Shown here: piece after piece, positions 37,840 through 46,971 of the stretch
How the letters are laid out: every line of letters begins with the position of its first letter
Position numbering within the stretch: position 1 is the first letter of the stretch
Translations under genes and position numbers: made by a program
Notes under the pieces: generated by a model
Seen by the model: the letters and a program-made list of their open reading frames with translations, nothing else
The model's database searches: none
Told to the model about the DNA's origin: nothing
Assembly (NCBI GenBank): GCA_963776345.1
Contig: CAVZMH010000014.1
Location: 64,001 to 128,000 of the forward strand
Length of the DNA stretch: 64,000 nt
Reading direction: 5' to 3'
Origin: an uncultured delta proteobacterium
Lineage (GTDB): Bacteria; Myxococcota; Myxococcia; Myxococcales; Myxococcaceae

Positions 37840-38972
37840 GCGAGGTGGAGGCAAGGCTGGAGGAGACGCTCCGCGCGCTGGTGGGGTTCGACACGACCAG
37901 CCGGCTCCCCAACCGCCCGCTGGTCGACTGGCTCGAGCCCCGCCTGACCGCGCTGGGCTTCCGCTGCGAGCGCCAGCACTACCCGGACGACGCGGGGGTG
38001 GAGAAGGTGAACCTCCTCGCCTTCAGCCACGGCCCGGACCAGGTGCCCGAGCTCGCGCTGGTGGGCCACACCGACTGCGTGCCCTACGACCCGGACTGGG
38101 CCGACGCCCTCCGCCTCACCCGCGACGGCGATCGGCTCGTCGGTCGCGGCGCCTGCGACACCAAGGCCTTCATCGCCTGCGCGCTGCTCGCCGCCGAGCG
38201 GACCCGAGGCTCGGTCAAGAAGCCGCTGGGCCTCATCTTCACCGCCGACGAGGAGGTGGGCTGCCTGGGAGCCAAGATGCTGCTCGAGGCCCGCCGCGGC
38301 GCCGCCCGGAACGCCATCGTCGGCGAGCCGACCTCGCTCCGCCCCATCCGCGCCAACAAGGGCTACTGCCTCGCGGAGATCGAGGTCTCCGGCAAGGAGG
38401 GCCACAGCGCCTACCCGGACAGCGGCGCCTCGGCCATCTTCCGCGCCGCGCGCCTGCTCAGCCGCATCGAGGCCTACGCCAAGGGCCCGCTGCACGGCGA
38501 GACCGACCCGTCCTTCGAGCCGCCGTACACCACGCTCAACGTGGGCGTGATCCAGGGCGGCCGGGCGAAGAACGTCATCCCCGGCAGCTGCACCTTCACC
38601 CTCGAGTGGCGGCCCATCCCCGCGCAGCCGGTGGACTCGGTGCCCTACGCCATCGAGCAGCTCATGTTCCAGCTCCGCCGCGAGGAGCCGGGCTGCGAGG
38701 TCCGGATGCGCATCCTCCGGACCGACCGCGGCGTGGAGACGCCGGCCTCGGCCGAGGTGGTGGCGTTCCTCGAGGCCCAGAGCGGCCAGCGCTCGGCCAC
38801 GGTAACCTTCGGCACCGAGGCGCCGCAGATGACCGCCCTCGGGGCCCGCTCGGTCGTCTTCGGCCCGGGGAACATCCAGGTGGCCCACCAGACCGGCGAG
38901 TACGTCCCGGTCGCCGAGCTCGTCCGCTGCGAGGAGATCCTCGAGGCAGCGGTCCGGCACTTCTGCGGATGA
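37836..38972 (+). CDS. argE: Acetylornithine deacetylase (M20 peptidase)
   Basis: GHTDCVP, GRGACDTK, DEEVGC, GEPT, GHSA, AHQTGE. Confidence 0.85.
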   Translation: MSEVEARLEETLRALVGFDTTSRLPNRPLVDWLEPRLTALGFRCERQHYPDDAGVEKVNLLAFSHGPDQVPELALVGHTDCVPYDPDWADALRLTRDGDRLVGRGACDTKAFIACALLAAERTRGSVKKPLGLIFTADEEVGCLGAKMLLEARRGAARNAIVGEPTSLRPIRANKGYCLAEIEVSGKEGHSAYPDSGASAIFRAARLLSRIEAYAKGPLHGETDPSFEPPYTTLNVGVIQGGRAKNVIPGSCTFTLEWRPIPAQPVDSVPYAIEQLMFQLRREEPGCEVRMRILRTDRGVETPASAEVVAFLEAQSGQRSATVTFGTEAPQMTALGARSVVFGPGNIQVAHQTGEYVPVAELVRCEEILEAAVRHFCG

Positions 38973-39646
38973 GCGAGCTCGTCCAGCACGCGGACGGGCT
39001 GTGGAGCGCGTCCGCGCCGCACAGCTTCTTCGGGCTTCACCTTGGCACGCGGATGACGGTCCTCCGCCTGCCCGGGGGAGAGCTCTGGCTCCACTCGGTG
39101 GTGGCGATCGACGACCTGCTCGAGTACGCGATCGACGCGCTCGGGTCGGTGGCCCACATCGTGGTGCCGAACCTCTACCACCACCTCTACGTGACCGAGG
39201 CCATCCAGCGCTGGCCCCAGGCCCGGGTCCACGCGCCCGCGGCGATGCGGCGGAAGCGGCCCGATCTGCGCATCGACGCCGAGCTCGGCGAGAGGCCGGA
39301 CCCGGGCTGGGGCGGCGTGCTCGTCCCGGTGCACATCGACGGGTCGATGCTCGACGAGACGGTGTTCGTCCACCGCCCGAGCCGCACCCTCATCACCTCG
39401 GACCTGGTGGAGAACTTCGACACCAGTCCGCACCTCGGCACGCGTCTCTATCTGAAAGCCGCGGGAGTCCACGGGCGCGTGGGCTGGAGCCGGTTCCTGC
39501 GGTTCGTGTATCGAGATCGCCGGGCGACCCGGAGGAGCCTCGAGCGGCTGCTCGGGCTCGACTTCGATCGCATCGTCCTCGCCCACGGGCGCGTCCTCGA
39601 GCACGGAGGACCGGCCGCGGTCCGCGAGGCGTTCGGCTGGCTCTAG
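38969..39646 (+). CDS. DUF4336-like metallo-beta-lactamase-fold protein
   Basis: GTRMTVLRL, PNLYHHL, ETVFVHRPSRTLITSDL, AHG; ATGA overlap. Confidence 0.8.
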   Translation: MSELVQHADGLWSASAPHSFFGLHLGTRMTVLRLPGGELWLHSVVAIDDLLEYAIDALGSVAHIVVPNLYHHLYVTEAIQRWPQARVHAPAAMRRKRPDLRIDAELGERPDPGWGGVLVPVHIDGSMLDETVFVHRPSRTLITSDLVENFDTSPHLGTRLYLKAAGVHGRVGWSRFLRFVYRDRRATRRSLERLLGLDFDRIVLAHGRVLEHGGPAAVREAFGWL

Positions 39647-39664
39647 GTCTCGGCGGGCTCCAGG

Positions 39665-39951
39665 CGAGGTGTCAAACACCTCGTTACCGGCTCCGTGACG
39701 CCCATCGAGCGTCTCGAGCGGTTCAGGATGTTCCTTGTCGGGTCCGAGAACCGCGACACCCGTCCGCGAGGCGAGACGTCCCGTGCGGCAGCTCGTTGCG
39801 CCGCCACGTGCGGTGTCCGGACACAGTGCCCGGACACAGTGCCAAACACCTCGTTACCGCGACCGAGGCGGTGCCCGGACACGGTGCCAAGCACCTCGTT
39901 ACCACCTCGCTACCCCCGACCAGTCCGCCGAGGTGCCAAACACCTCGTTAC
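39665..39951 (-). repeat. REP-like array, 4 copies
   Basis: Copies at 39665, 39839, 39883, 39929; local flank CGGACAC(A/G)GTGCC repeated three times. Confidence 0.9.
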
Positions 39952-40082
39952 CCGCACCTCGCGTGACCCCCGACCGGCCCACGGAACCCACGTCCGCCCG
40001 GGCCTGGATACACGACGACCCGCGGCACCGGTCGAGTGCGCCGCGGGTCGGCGGGTCCGCTCAGTCTTCCGGGGCGGCGAGG

Positions 40083-40910
40083 CTAGGTGCCGACCGCGAC
40101 CTCGACGTTGCCGCAGCCGTTCCAGGTGAACTTCCAGCCAGCCTTGACCGAGACGTGCTGGCCGTTGCTCGCGGTCCCCTCGAGCGCCCGTGCAACCACG
40201 AGCGACCCGCCGCTGATGCAGTGGCTCCCCGAGTCGATCTGGAGGTCCGCGTTCCAGCCCGAGGTCGCCGCGATCTCGACGTGCTCCCCGTTCCCGTCGG
40301 CCTTCACCGCGAGCTGGCTGAGCCCATTCCCGGTCACGGTGGTGGCGGTCCAGGCGAGCTGGCCGGTCCAGTGGAACTCACCGGTGCCCGAGACACCCTG
40401 AGAGTTCGCCGTGAACGTGGCCTTGACGTCCCAGCTGATCGAATTCGTGCCCACGGAGATGGAGCCGTTCAGCGTCCAGCTGAAGCCGTCCCCGGAATAC
40501 GAGCAGTTGCTGTACGAATAGTTGTTCCCCGACTTGGTGACGCAGGCGCTGTCGCCGATGCTCAGCCCTGCCCCTCGGACCGCGCGAGCGGCAGCCTCCG
40601 AGCTGGGGACCGCGAGGCTCTTCAGCGCGGCGTCCGGGGAAGGAGCAGCGACCAGCGCACTGCTCGGGAGGTTTCCCGCGAGCGCGTCGGCCAAGGCCGG
40701 AGCCGCGGTCGGGTCCGCCGTCTGACCGTTCGCACCGGAGGCGCTGGTCAGTCCGCTCTCACCGGTGCTCGCCGCATTGCTCTGATCGGCGGTGAGGTTG
40801 GCGCTCGGCGCACCGTAGTTGAGGGTCGGGAGCGGCGGCGGCGTCGGCAGGCCGTTGCCGCCACAGGCAAACAGGAAGCTGGCCAGTCCAGCCAGCAGGA
40901 CGCGTTTCAT
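40083..40910 (-). CDS. Ser/Thr/Gly-rich lipoprotein, unknown function
   Basis: MKRVLLAGLASFLFAC lipobox, GAGGAG RBS, beta-rich body with four further Cys. Confidence 0.8.
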   Translation of the reverse strand: MKRVLLAGLASFLFACGGNGLPTPPPLPTLNYGAPSANLTADQSNAASTGESGLTSASGANGQTADPTAAPALADALAGNLPSSALVAAPSPDAALKSLAVPSSEAAARAVRGAGLSIGDSACVTKSGNNYSYSNCSYSGDGFSWTLNGSISVGTNSISWDVKATFTANSQGVSGTGEFHWTGQLAWTATTVTGNGLSQLAVKADGNGEHVEIAATSGWNADLQIDSGSHCISGGSLVVARALEGTASNGQHVSVKAGWKFTWNGCGNVEVAVGT

Positions 40911-41197
40911 GTGTCGAGGTCTCCTCCGCACCCGGAGTCGAGGGAGTGAAGCGGGCGCGGTCGACGGAAGAGCGTAGAAAAGGGGATCCCCTCGTTGAAG
41001 ATGGAGCGGCCGCGACCCAGTGGGACGATGGATGCGACCGCAACTTTACACGCGCCCTCTCGGCGCGCCCGGAGTGCGCAGCTCTCGGGAGCACGAAGCG
41101 CGCGCACCACCCGCGCGCCCGCTCGACCACCCCCGTCGCCGCTGTGCGACCCGCGTCCCGCTCAGGCGCCACAACCCCTGCGAGCGGCCGCCGAGAC

Positions 41198-41217
41198 GGT
41201 GCCAGACACCTCGTTAC
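41198..41217 (-). repeat. REP-like copy downstream of mfd
   Basis: GGTGCCAGACACCTCGTTAC. Confidence 0.85.
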
Positions 41218-41257
41218 CTCCGCGCGCCCGCGAGGAGCTCGGGGGGCGCGTTGCCGC

Positions 41258-44200
41258 TCAGCTCACGGCGCAGCCGGCCAGATCGCGCAGCACCTTCTTC
41301 GCCTCGCCCAGCAGTGCCGCCGCCTGATCCGGCCCCTCCCGGCGCGCGACCAGCTTGAGGTCCGGAGTGAGCCGGTACACGCCCTTGCTCTTCTGCACCA
41401 GCGCCGCGAGCTTCGCCCCGTCGAGCAGCGCGTCCTGGCCGAGCGTCACCACCAGCCGCCCCGCGCCGCTCTCCAGCGCCCGGAGCCGCAGCTCCCGCAT
41501 CTCCAGCTTGAGCAGCATCAGCTCGCTCAGCGCGTCCACCTCGTCCGGCAGCTCGCCGAACCGGTCCACCAGCTCGACCCGCAGATCGCTCACCTCGTCG
41601 GCCGACCCGGCGCTGCTGAAGCGCTTGTAGAGCACCAGCCGCTGGTGCACGTCCGGCACGTAGTCGTCCGGGATCAGCGCCGGGATGGGCAAGGTCACCT
41701 CGGGCTCGATCTCCACCCGCGGCGGCTCGCCCCGCATCTCCGCCACCGCCTCCTCGAGCAGCTGGGTGTACAGGTCGAAGCCGATCTCCGCGATGGTGCC
41801 CGACTGGTCGTGCCCGAGCAGATTTCCCGCGCCACGGATCTCGAGGTCGTGGCTGGCGATGCTGAACCCCGCGCCGAGCTCGGTGAACGCCTGCAGCACC
41901 TCCAGCCGCCGCTGCGCGTCCCGGGTCACCGCCCGCCGCGCCGGCACGAGCAGGTACGCATACGCCCGCTCCTTGGCCCGGCCGACCCGCCCCCGCAGCT
42001 GGTAGAGCTGCGACAACCCGAACGTATCCGCCCGGTTCACCACCATGGTGTTCGCCGCGGCGATGTCGATGCCGCTCTCGATGATGGTCGTCGACAGAAG
42101 GACCTGGAACTTCCGGTCCACGAAGTCCGCCATCGCCTTCTCCAGCTGCCCCTCGCCCATCTGCCCGTGCGCCACGCCGATGGTCGCCTCCGGCACCAGC
42201 TCGCGCAGGAACCGCTCCATCGAGTGGATCGACTGCACCCGGTTGTGGACGAAGAACACCTGCCCGCCGCGCTGGAGCTCCCGGACGATGGCCTCGCGGA
42301 TGGTGGGCGCATCGAACTTGGTGACGAAGGTCCGGATGGCCCGCCTGTCCTGAGGAGGCGTGGCGATGATGCTCATGTCCCTGAGCCCGGACATGCTCAT
42401 GTGCAGGGTGCGGGGAATCGGCGTCGCGGTCAGGGTCAGCACGTCCACCTGGGTCCGCAGCTGCTTGATGCGCTCCTTGTGCTTCACCCCGAAGCGCTGC
42501 TCCTCGTCGACGACGAGCAACCCCAGCTCCTTGAACCCCACCTCGGTCCCCAGCAGCTTGTGGGTGCCGATCAGGATGTCGACCTTGCCCTCGCGGGCGC
42601 GCTGGAGCACCTCGCGCACCTCGGCCGGCTTCCGCATCGACGAGACCACCTCGATGCTCACCGGGTAGTCCGCGAACCGCTTCCGGAAGGTGTGGAAGTG
42701 CTGCTGGGCGAGCACCGTGGTCGGCACCAGCACCGCCACCTGCTTCCGGTCCAGCGTGGCCTTGAAGGCGGCCCGCATCGCCACCTCGGTCTTGCCGTAG
42801 CCCACGTCGCCGCAGACCAGCCGGTCCATCGGCTCGGGCTTCTGCATGTCGGCCAGCACGTCCTCGATGGCCTTGGCCTGGTCCGGCGTCTCGTCGAACT
42901 CGAAGTCGGCCTCGAACTGGCGGAAGTAGCGGTCGGGCGGATTGAACGAATGGCCCGGATGCGCGTGCCGCGCGGCATAGAGCCGGAGCAGCTCCGCGGC
43001 CATCTTCAGCAGGGTCTCCTTCACCCGCTGCTTGGTCCGCAGCCAGCCCGTGCCGCCGAGCTTGTCCAGCGCGACCTTCGACGGGTCGCCGCCGGTGAAC
43101 TTCTGGATGAGCCGCATCCGGCTCACCGGCAGGTAGATCTTGTCCCGCCCGGCGTACTCGAGGACCAGGAAGTCGCCCGGGATTCCCTGGACCTGCATCT
43201 TGGTCAGCCCGGCGTAGCGGCCGATGCCGAAGTCGGTGTGGACGATGAGGTCGCCTTCCTTCAGCTCGCGGAACGCCGCGCCGAAGGGCTGGTCCGTCCG
43301 CCGCGCCTTCACCCGCCGGTGCGCCCGGGCGCCGAAGATCTCCTCGTCGCTCAGGACCGCCAGGCCGCCGCCCGGGTCCACGAACCCGTGGCTCACCTCG
43401 CCGGTGAACAGGTGGGCCCAGATGCTGGGGTCGCGCAGCGCCGCCGGGTCGGCGAACGGCTCGGCGTGCGCCCGCACCATCACGTTCCGGTCGAGGAGCA
43501 GCCGCTTCACCCGGTCCACCTGGCCCGCGCTGCCGCAGGCGATGGCCGTGGACACCCGCATCTCCCGCCAGCGCTCGAGCCGCTGCACCAGCGGGGTCAG
43601 CGCCCCCTCCTCGCCGTGATGCGAGAGGATGGCCTGGCGCAGGTCCGAGGTCGTCCCGAACGTGAACGCCACCGGCGCGCCGCTCGCCGAGAGCGACAGC
43701 CCGCCGCCCTCGAGCACCGGGTAGCGCCCGATCCCGGTGAGCAGCGTGTCGTCGTCGGCGAAGTGCTGCTCGGGCGGGAGCGCCAGGTCCTTCCGGGACA
43801 CGGCCTCGGCCCAGACCTGGTCGATCTCGCTCCGCAGCTCCTCGGCCGCGCGCCCGACGCCGAGCGGGTCGTCGACGTACACCAGCGGCTCGCGCGCCCA
43901 GTGCGGCAGGTAGTCGAGCACCGTCGCCAGCCCGCCCGGGAAGAAGCCGGGGAGCAGCGCCTCCATCCCGTAGGCCGGGATGCCCTCGCGGATCTTGTCC
44001 AGCGTCTCGCGGAGCCGGCTGGTCGGGATGTCGATGCGCTCGGCGGCGGCCCGGGCGGCGGCCTCGGCGGCGACGCGCGTCTCCTCGGTGAAGAGCACCT
44101 CGCGCGCGGGGATGAGCGTCGCTTCCTTCAGGAGCTCCGCCGTCCGCTGCGTCGCCGGGTCGAACAGCCGGAGCGACTCGACGGTGTCGCCGAACAGCTC

Positions 44201-44869
44201 GATGCGCAGCGGCCGGCTGTAGAGCGGGCAGAAGACGTCGATGATCCCGCCGCGGGCCGAGAAGGTGCCCAGGTCCTCGACCAGCGGCGACGACTGGTAG
44301 CCCATGTGGGCCAGCCGGCGGAGGAAGGCGTCGCGGTCGAGGTCCTGGCCCACGCCCACCATCTCGCTCAGCGTGTCCAGCACGTCCGGCGGGAGCACCC
44401 GCTTGTGGAGCGCGCGCCAGGAGAGCACCAGCGCCGGGAACCGGGTCCCCTGGCGCAGATGGAACAGCGCGCCGAGCCGCTCGGCGACCACGGTCGCGTC
44501 GGGCGTCAGCTCGTCCCAGGGCAGCACCTCGTCGCCGGGGAGCTGCAGCACGTTGGGCTCCACCAGCGAGCCCGTCCCGCCGAGGAAGAATGCGAGATCC
44601 GCGGCGAGCTGCTCGGCCGAGTCCTCGTCCGCGGTGATGCACAGGAGCGGCGTCCTCAGCTCGCGCGACAGCCGGGCCAGCACGTGCCCCCGCGCCGCGC
44701 CCTGCAGCCCGGTGGTCCGCACCCGCGTCCCCGGCCGGAGCTGCGCCCGCACCACTCCCAGCGGATCGGCCGCGGGGGGCGCCACCTCGGACGTGGGCTG
44801 GGACAGCGAGGCGTGAGGCTCGGACATCGAGGGACGGGAGGCTTTAAGACCCTGAGCTTCCTCGGTCAA
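41258..44869 (-). CDS. mfd: Transcription-repair coupling factor
   Basis: RGGIIDVF, CarD-like HTDFGIGRY, GDVGYGKTEVA, DEEQRFGV, TATPIPRT, QLRGRVGR, DLEIRGAG. Start 44869 or 44827. Confidence 0.97.
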   Translation of the reverse strand: MTEEAQGLKASRPSMSEPHASLSQPTSEVAPPAADPLGVVRAQLRPGTRVRTTGLQGAARGHVLARLSRELRTPLLCITADEDSAEQLAADLAFFLGGTGSLVEPNVLQLPGDEVLPWDELTPDATVVAERLGALFHLRQGTRFPALVLSWRALHKRVLPPDVLDTLSEMVGVGQDLDRDAFLRRLAHMGYQSSPLVEDLGTFSARGGIIDVFCPLYSRPLRIELFGDTVESLRLFDPATQRTAELLKEATLIPAREVLFTEETRVAAEAAARAAAERIDIPTSRLRETLDKIREGIPAYGMEALLPGFFPGGLATVLDYLPHWAREPLVYVDDPLGVGRAAEELRSEIDQVWAEAVSRKDLALPPEQHFADDDTLLTGIGRYPVLEGGGLSLSASGAPVAFTFGTTSDLRQAILSHHGEEGALTPLVQRLERWREMRVSTAIACGSAGQVDRVKRLLLDRNVMVRAHAEPFADPAALRDPSIWAHLFTGEVSHGFVDPGGGLAVLSDEEIFGARAHRRVKARRTDQPFGAAFRELKEGDLIVHTDFGIGRYAGLTKMQVQGIPGDFLVLEYAGRDKIYLPVSRMRLIQKFTGGDPSKVALDKLGGTGWLRTKQRVKETLLKMAAELLRLYAARHAHPGHSFNPPDRYFRQFEADFEFDETPDQAKAIEDVLADMQKPEPMDRLVCGDVGYGKTEVAMRAAFKATLDRKQVAVLVPTTVLAQQHFHTFRKRFADYPVSIEVVSSMRKPAEVREVLQRAREGKVDILIGTHKLLGTEVGFKELGLLVVDEEQRFGVKHKERIKQLRTQVDVLTLTATPIPRTLHMSMSGLRDMSIIATPPQDRRAIRTFVTKFDAPTIREAIVRELQRGGQVFFVHNRVQSIHSMERFLRELVPEATIGVAHGQMGEGQLEKAMADFVDRKFQVLLSTTIIESGIDIAAANTMVVNRADTFGLSQLYQLRGRVGRAKERAYAYLLVPARRAVTRDAQRRLEVLQAFTELGAGFSIASHDLEIRGAGNLLGHDQSGTIAEIGFDLYTQLLEEAVAEMRGEPPRVEIEPEVTLPIPALIPDDYVPDVHQRLVLYKRFSSAGSADEVSDLRVELVDRFGELPDEVDALSELMLLKLEMRELRLRALESGAGRLVVTLGQDALLDGAKLAALVQKSKGVYRLTPDLKLVARREGPDQAAALLGEAKKVLRDLAGCAVS

Positions 44870-44883
44870 CCGCTCCTCGGCGC

Positions 44884-44930
44884 GGTGCGAGACACCTCGA
44901 TGCCCGAAGCGGTGCCAGACACCTCGTTAC
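44884..44930 (-). repeat. REP-like copy plus degenerate copy between mfd and doc
   Basis: GGTGCCAGACACCTCGTTAC at 44911-44930; GGTGCGAGACACCTCG at 44884. Confidence 0.85.
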
Positions 44931-44956
44931 GGCCGGGCCTGGGTCGCAACCAGGCG

Positions 44957-45355
44957 TCACGCCTCGACCACCCGCTCCCGGATGAACTCCGCCAGCTCCG
45001 CTTTGCTTGCCTCTCCCCGGGCGGTGCGCAGCACCAGCTCCGCGAGCTCGTCGGGGTCCGCCTCCAGCCACAGCCCGTTGAGACCGAGAAAGGCGATCGC
45101 CGCCGCGAGGCCGACCCGCTTGTTGCCGTCGACGAACGGGTGGTTCCCGGCCAGGTGGAACAGGTAGGCAGCCGCCATCTCCGGAAGGCTCGGATGGAGG
45201 TACACGCGGCCGAACGTGGTGCGCGGCATGCCGAGCGCCGACTCGAGCAGCCCGAGGTCACGGAGGCCTGGCCGGCCGCCATAGCGCGCGATCTGATCGG
45301 CGTGGAGGGCCAGGACCTCGTCCAGGGTGAGGAAGACCGGCTTGAGTCGGCTCAC
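44957..45355 (-). CDS. doc: Doc/Fic family toxin
   Basis: FLTLDEVLALH, RDLGLLESAL, Fic motif HPFVDGNKRVG; GTGA overlap with the antitoxin stop. Confidence 0.9.
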   Translation of the reverse strand: MSRLKPVFLTLDEVLALHADQIARYGGRPGLRDLGLLESALGMPRTTFGRVYLHPSLPEMAAAYLFHLAGNHPFVDGNKRVGLAAAIAFLGLNGLWLEADPDELAELVLRTARGEASKAELAEFIRERVVEA

Positions 45356-45579
45356 TCGGCGAGGCGGCGGAAGGTTCCCCCGTACCTGGCATGGGCGCGT
45401 GCCATCACCTTGCGCAACCTCTCGGTCCGCCGGGCCGAGCGGACCGGTGAGATGACGATGACCTCGCCGTCGGTCGAGACCTCCAGCGGCGTGGTGGCGC
45501 GGATTCCGGTGGACTCGAGCAGGTCCCGGTCGAGGATCAGAGCGAGGCTGTTCCCGGTGCGAGTGAGCTTCTTCCTCAT
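45352..45579 (-). CDS. AbrB/MazE-fold antitoxin
   Basis: KLTRTGNSLALIL; 75 aa, coupled upstream of doc. Confidence 0.85.
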   Translation of the reverse strand: MRKKLTRTGNSLALILDRDLLESTGIRATTPLEVSTDGEVIVISPVRSARRTERLRKVMARAHARYGGTFRRLAE

Positions 45580-45658
45580 GGTTCGTACAGGATAGCACTC
45601 TTGTACGGACCGCGGCCGGAGGTCGATTCGTGAGGGGTTGGCCCGGGGGGACGGGCTG

Positions 45659-46138
45659 TCAGCGCCGCGTACGGTCGCGGATCACCTCGAGCTCAGCGAT
45701 CGCCTCGAGATCCTTCGGCCTTCCTGCCGCGCGCTTGACGGCGATCAGCGTCTCGAGGTCGAGCAGACGGCACCGGATCCCGAACAGCTCGATCTCGAAC
45801 GAGTGCGGAAGCAGCTCGTCGTAGCCCCCGCCGCCGACGATCTCTCCCAGAAGGTCGAGGGCGCCGAGAGAGGTCTGCAGAGTGAAGTTGAGGCCGTTCC
45901 GGACCGTGCGCTCGTCCCAGATGAACGGGAGTCCCGGGGGCGCTCCGCGGAGGTACGGGTGCGTCGGCGAGAGCGCGGAGACGAGACGGCCGAGGTTCTC
46001 GGGATCTCGAGCGTAGACCACGTCGACGTCCTGCGTCAGACGCGCCGACCCGTGCGCGACCGCGGCGGCTCCGCCGACCAGGATGAAACGCACCCCTTCC
46101 GCGGCGAGCGCGCGCAGGAGAGCGCCGACGTCGGTCAT
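45659..46138 (-). CDS. Pol-beta-superfamily nucleotidyltransferase, putative toxin
   Basis: LVGGAAAVAHG...RLTQDVDV (GG..DxD), KRAAGRPKD; ATGA coupling with the upstream small ORF. Confidence 0.8.
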   Translation of the reverse strand: MTDVGALLRALAAEGVRFILVGGAAAVAHGSARLTQDVDVVYARDPENLGRLVSALSPTHPYLRGAPPGLPFIWDERTVRNGLNFTLQTSLGALDLLGEIVGGGGYDELLPHSFEIELFGIRCRLLDLETLIAVKRAAGRPKDLEAIAELEVIRDRTRR

Positions 46139-46320
46139 CGCCGACCGGCCTTCGCGGTCGCCTGGCGGAGCTCCTCGGCGAACTTCTGCTGCTCCATCCA
46201 CTTCAGAAGCCGCTGCTCCACCGTGAGGCGCAGGTTCTCGTCGATCAGGGTGACGTCGATCCCGCTCCGGTACGCCTCCACCACCGGGTCTGTGTCGCTG
46301 GTGCGGAGCGGGGCCTTCAT
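46135..46320 (-). CDS. Small protein coupled to the nucleotidyltransferase, putative antitoxin
   Basis: 61 aa, GIDVTLIDENLRLTVEQRL; stop overlaps the NTase start. Confidence 0.7.
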   Translation of the reverse strand: MKAPLRTSDTDPVVEAYRSGIDVTLIDENLRLTVEQRLLKWMEQQKFAEELRQATAKAGRR

Positions 46321-46585
46321 GGGCAGAAGAATCTAGCACCGAGCGGAACGCCGGCCCCGACCGGCCTTCCGCACGGGGGGCGCCAGCCGCTCTCCGGGTG
46401 TCCGCTCTCGGGAAACGTCGTCTCGGGACCGCCCGGAGGAAGGCCTGGGCGGACCGGTCCGTGGGCCCCTCCTCCGCGAGGGCCCAGGCGGGGGACTTGC
46501 GCCCGTTCGCGTGTCCAGTCTTGCTCGGCCGGTGAGCGAGCCGGCCCCGTCCAGCGACACTGCCTCGCCGCGCGGCAAGGGGGCC

Positions 46586-46650
46586 GACTACTCAGGAAAT
46601 GCACCTGACTATTTCCGGGAAATAGACAAGAAGGTTTCCTGACCAGTCCG
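46586..46650. repeat. Nested imperfect palindrome, copy 2 of 2
   Basis: GACT-ac-TCAGGAAA-tgca-CCTG-a-CTATTTC-cgg-GAAATAG-a-CAAG-aagg-TTTCCTGA-cc-AGTC. Confidence 0.85.
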
Positions 46651-46880
46651 GACTTCTCGGGTTCGTGAGCGCCCGATGGATCCGTGCCCCTGACGCGGGC
46701 GGGTCCGGACCACGCCGGTACCCAGCGCGCGCAGGATGGTGCCGCGACGCCGGTCATCGCCGATTGGCCTTCGCAACACCGGGGCGGTCACCCAAGCCCT
46801 GGGGAGGGGGCCTGCCTCCCATTCGCTCGAGTGTCCACTCCCGGGACACGTTGTCCCGGGACCGGCAGACGGTGCCGGGG

Positions 46881-46902
46881 GAGGTGCCAAACACCTCGTT
46901 AC
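46881..46902 (-). repeat. REP-like copy upstream of the ABC permease
   Basis: GAGGTGCCAAACACCTCGTTAC. Confidence 0.9.
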
Positions 46903-46971
46903 CGACCCTCTACCCGGCCCTCCGCCCCCGCCCCCGGGCACTGGCACGCCCGTTGAACCGTGCCCCACCCC

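Noticed and set aside
20904..39951. REP arrays as CRISPR arrays
   Set aside because: Spacer lengths are irregular (0-150 nt), many units are truncated, copies are dispersed singly and inside a gene, and no cas genes are present.
40946..45595. Very long alternative ORFs (40946-45595 +, 22173-26468 +, 8456-11935 +, 113-1279 +, 46665-49607 +)
   Set aside because: Antisense or off-frame shadows of real high-GC genes, with no motifs and R/G/P/A-rich composition.
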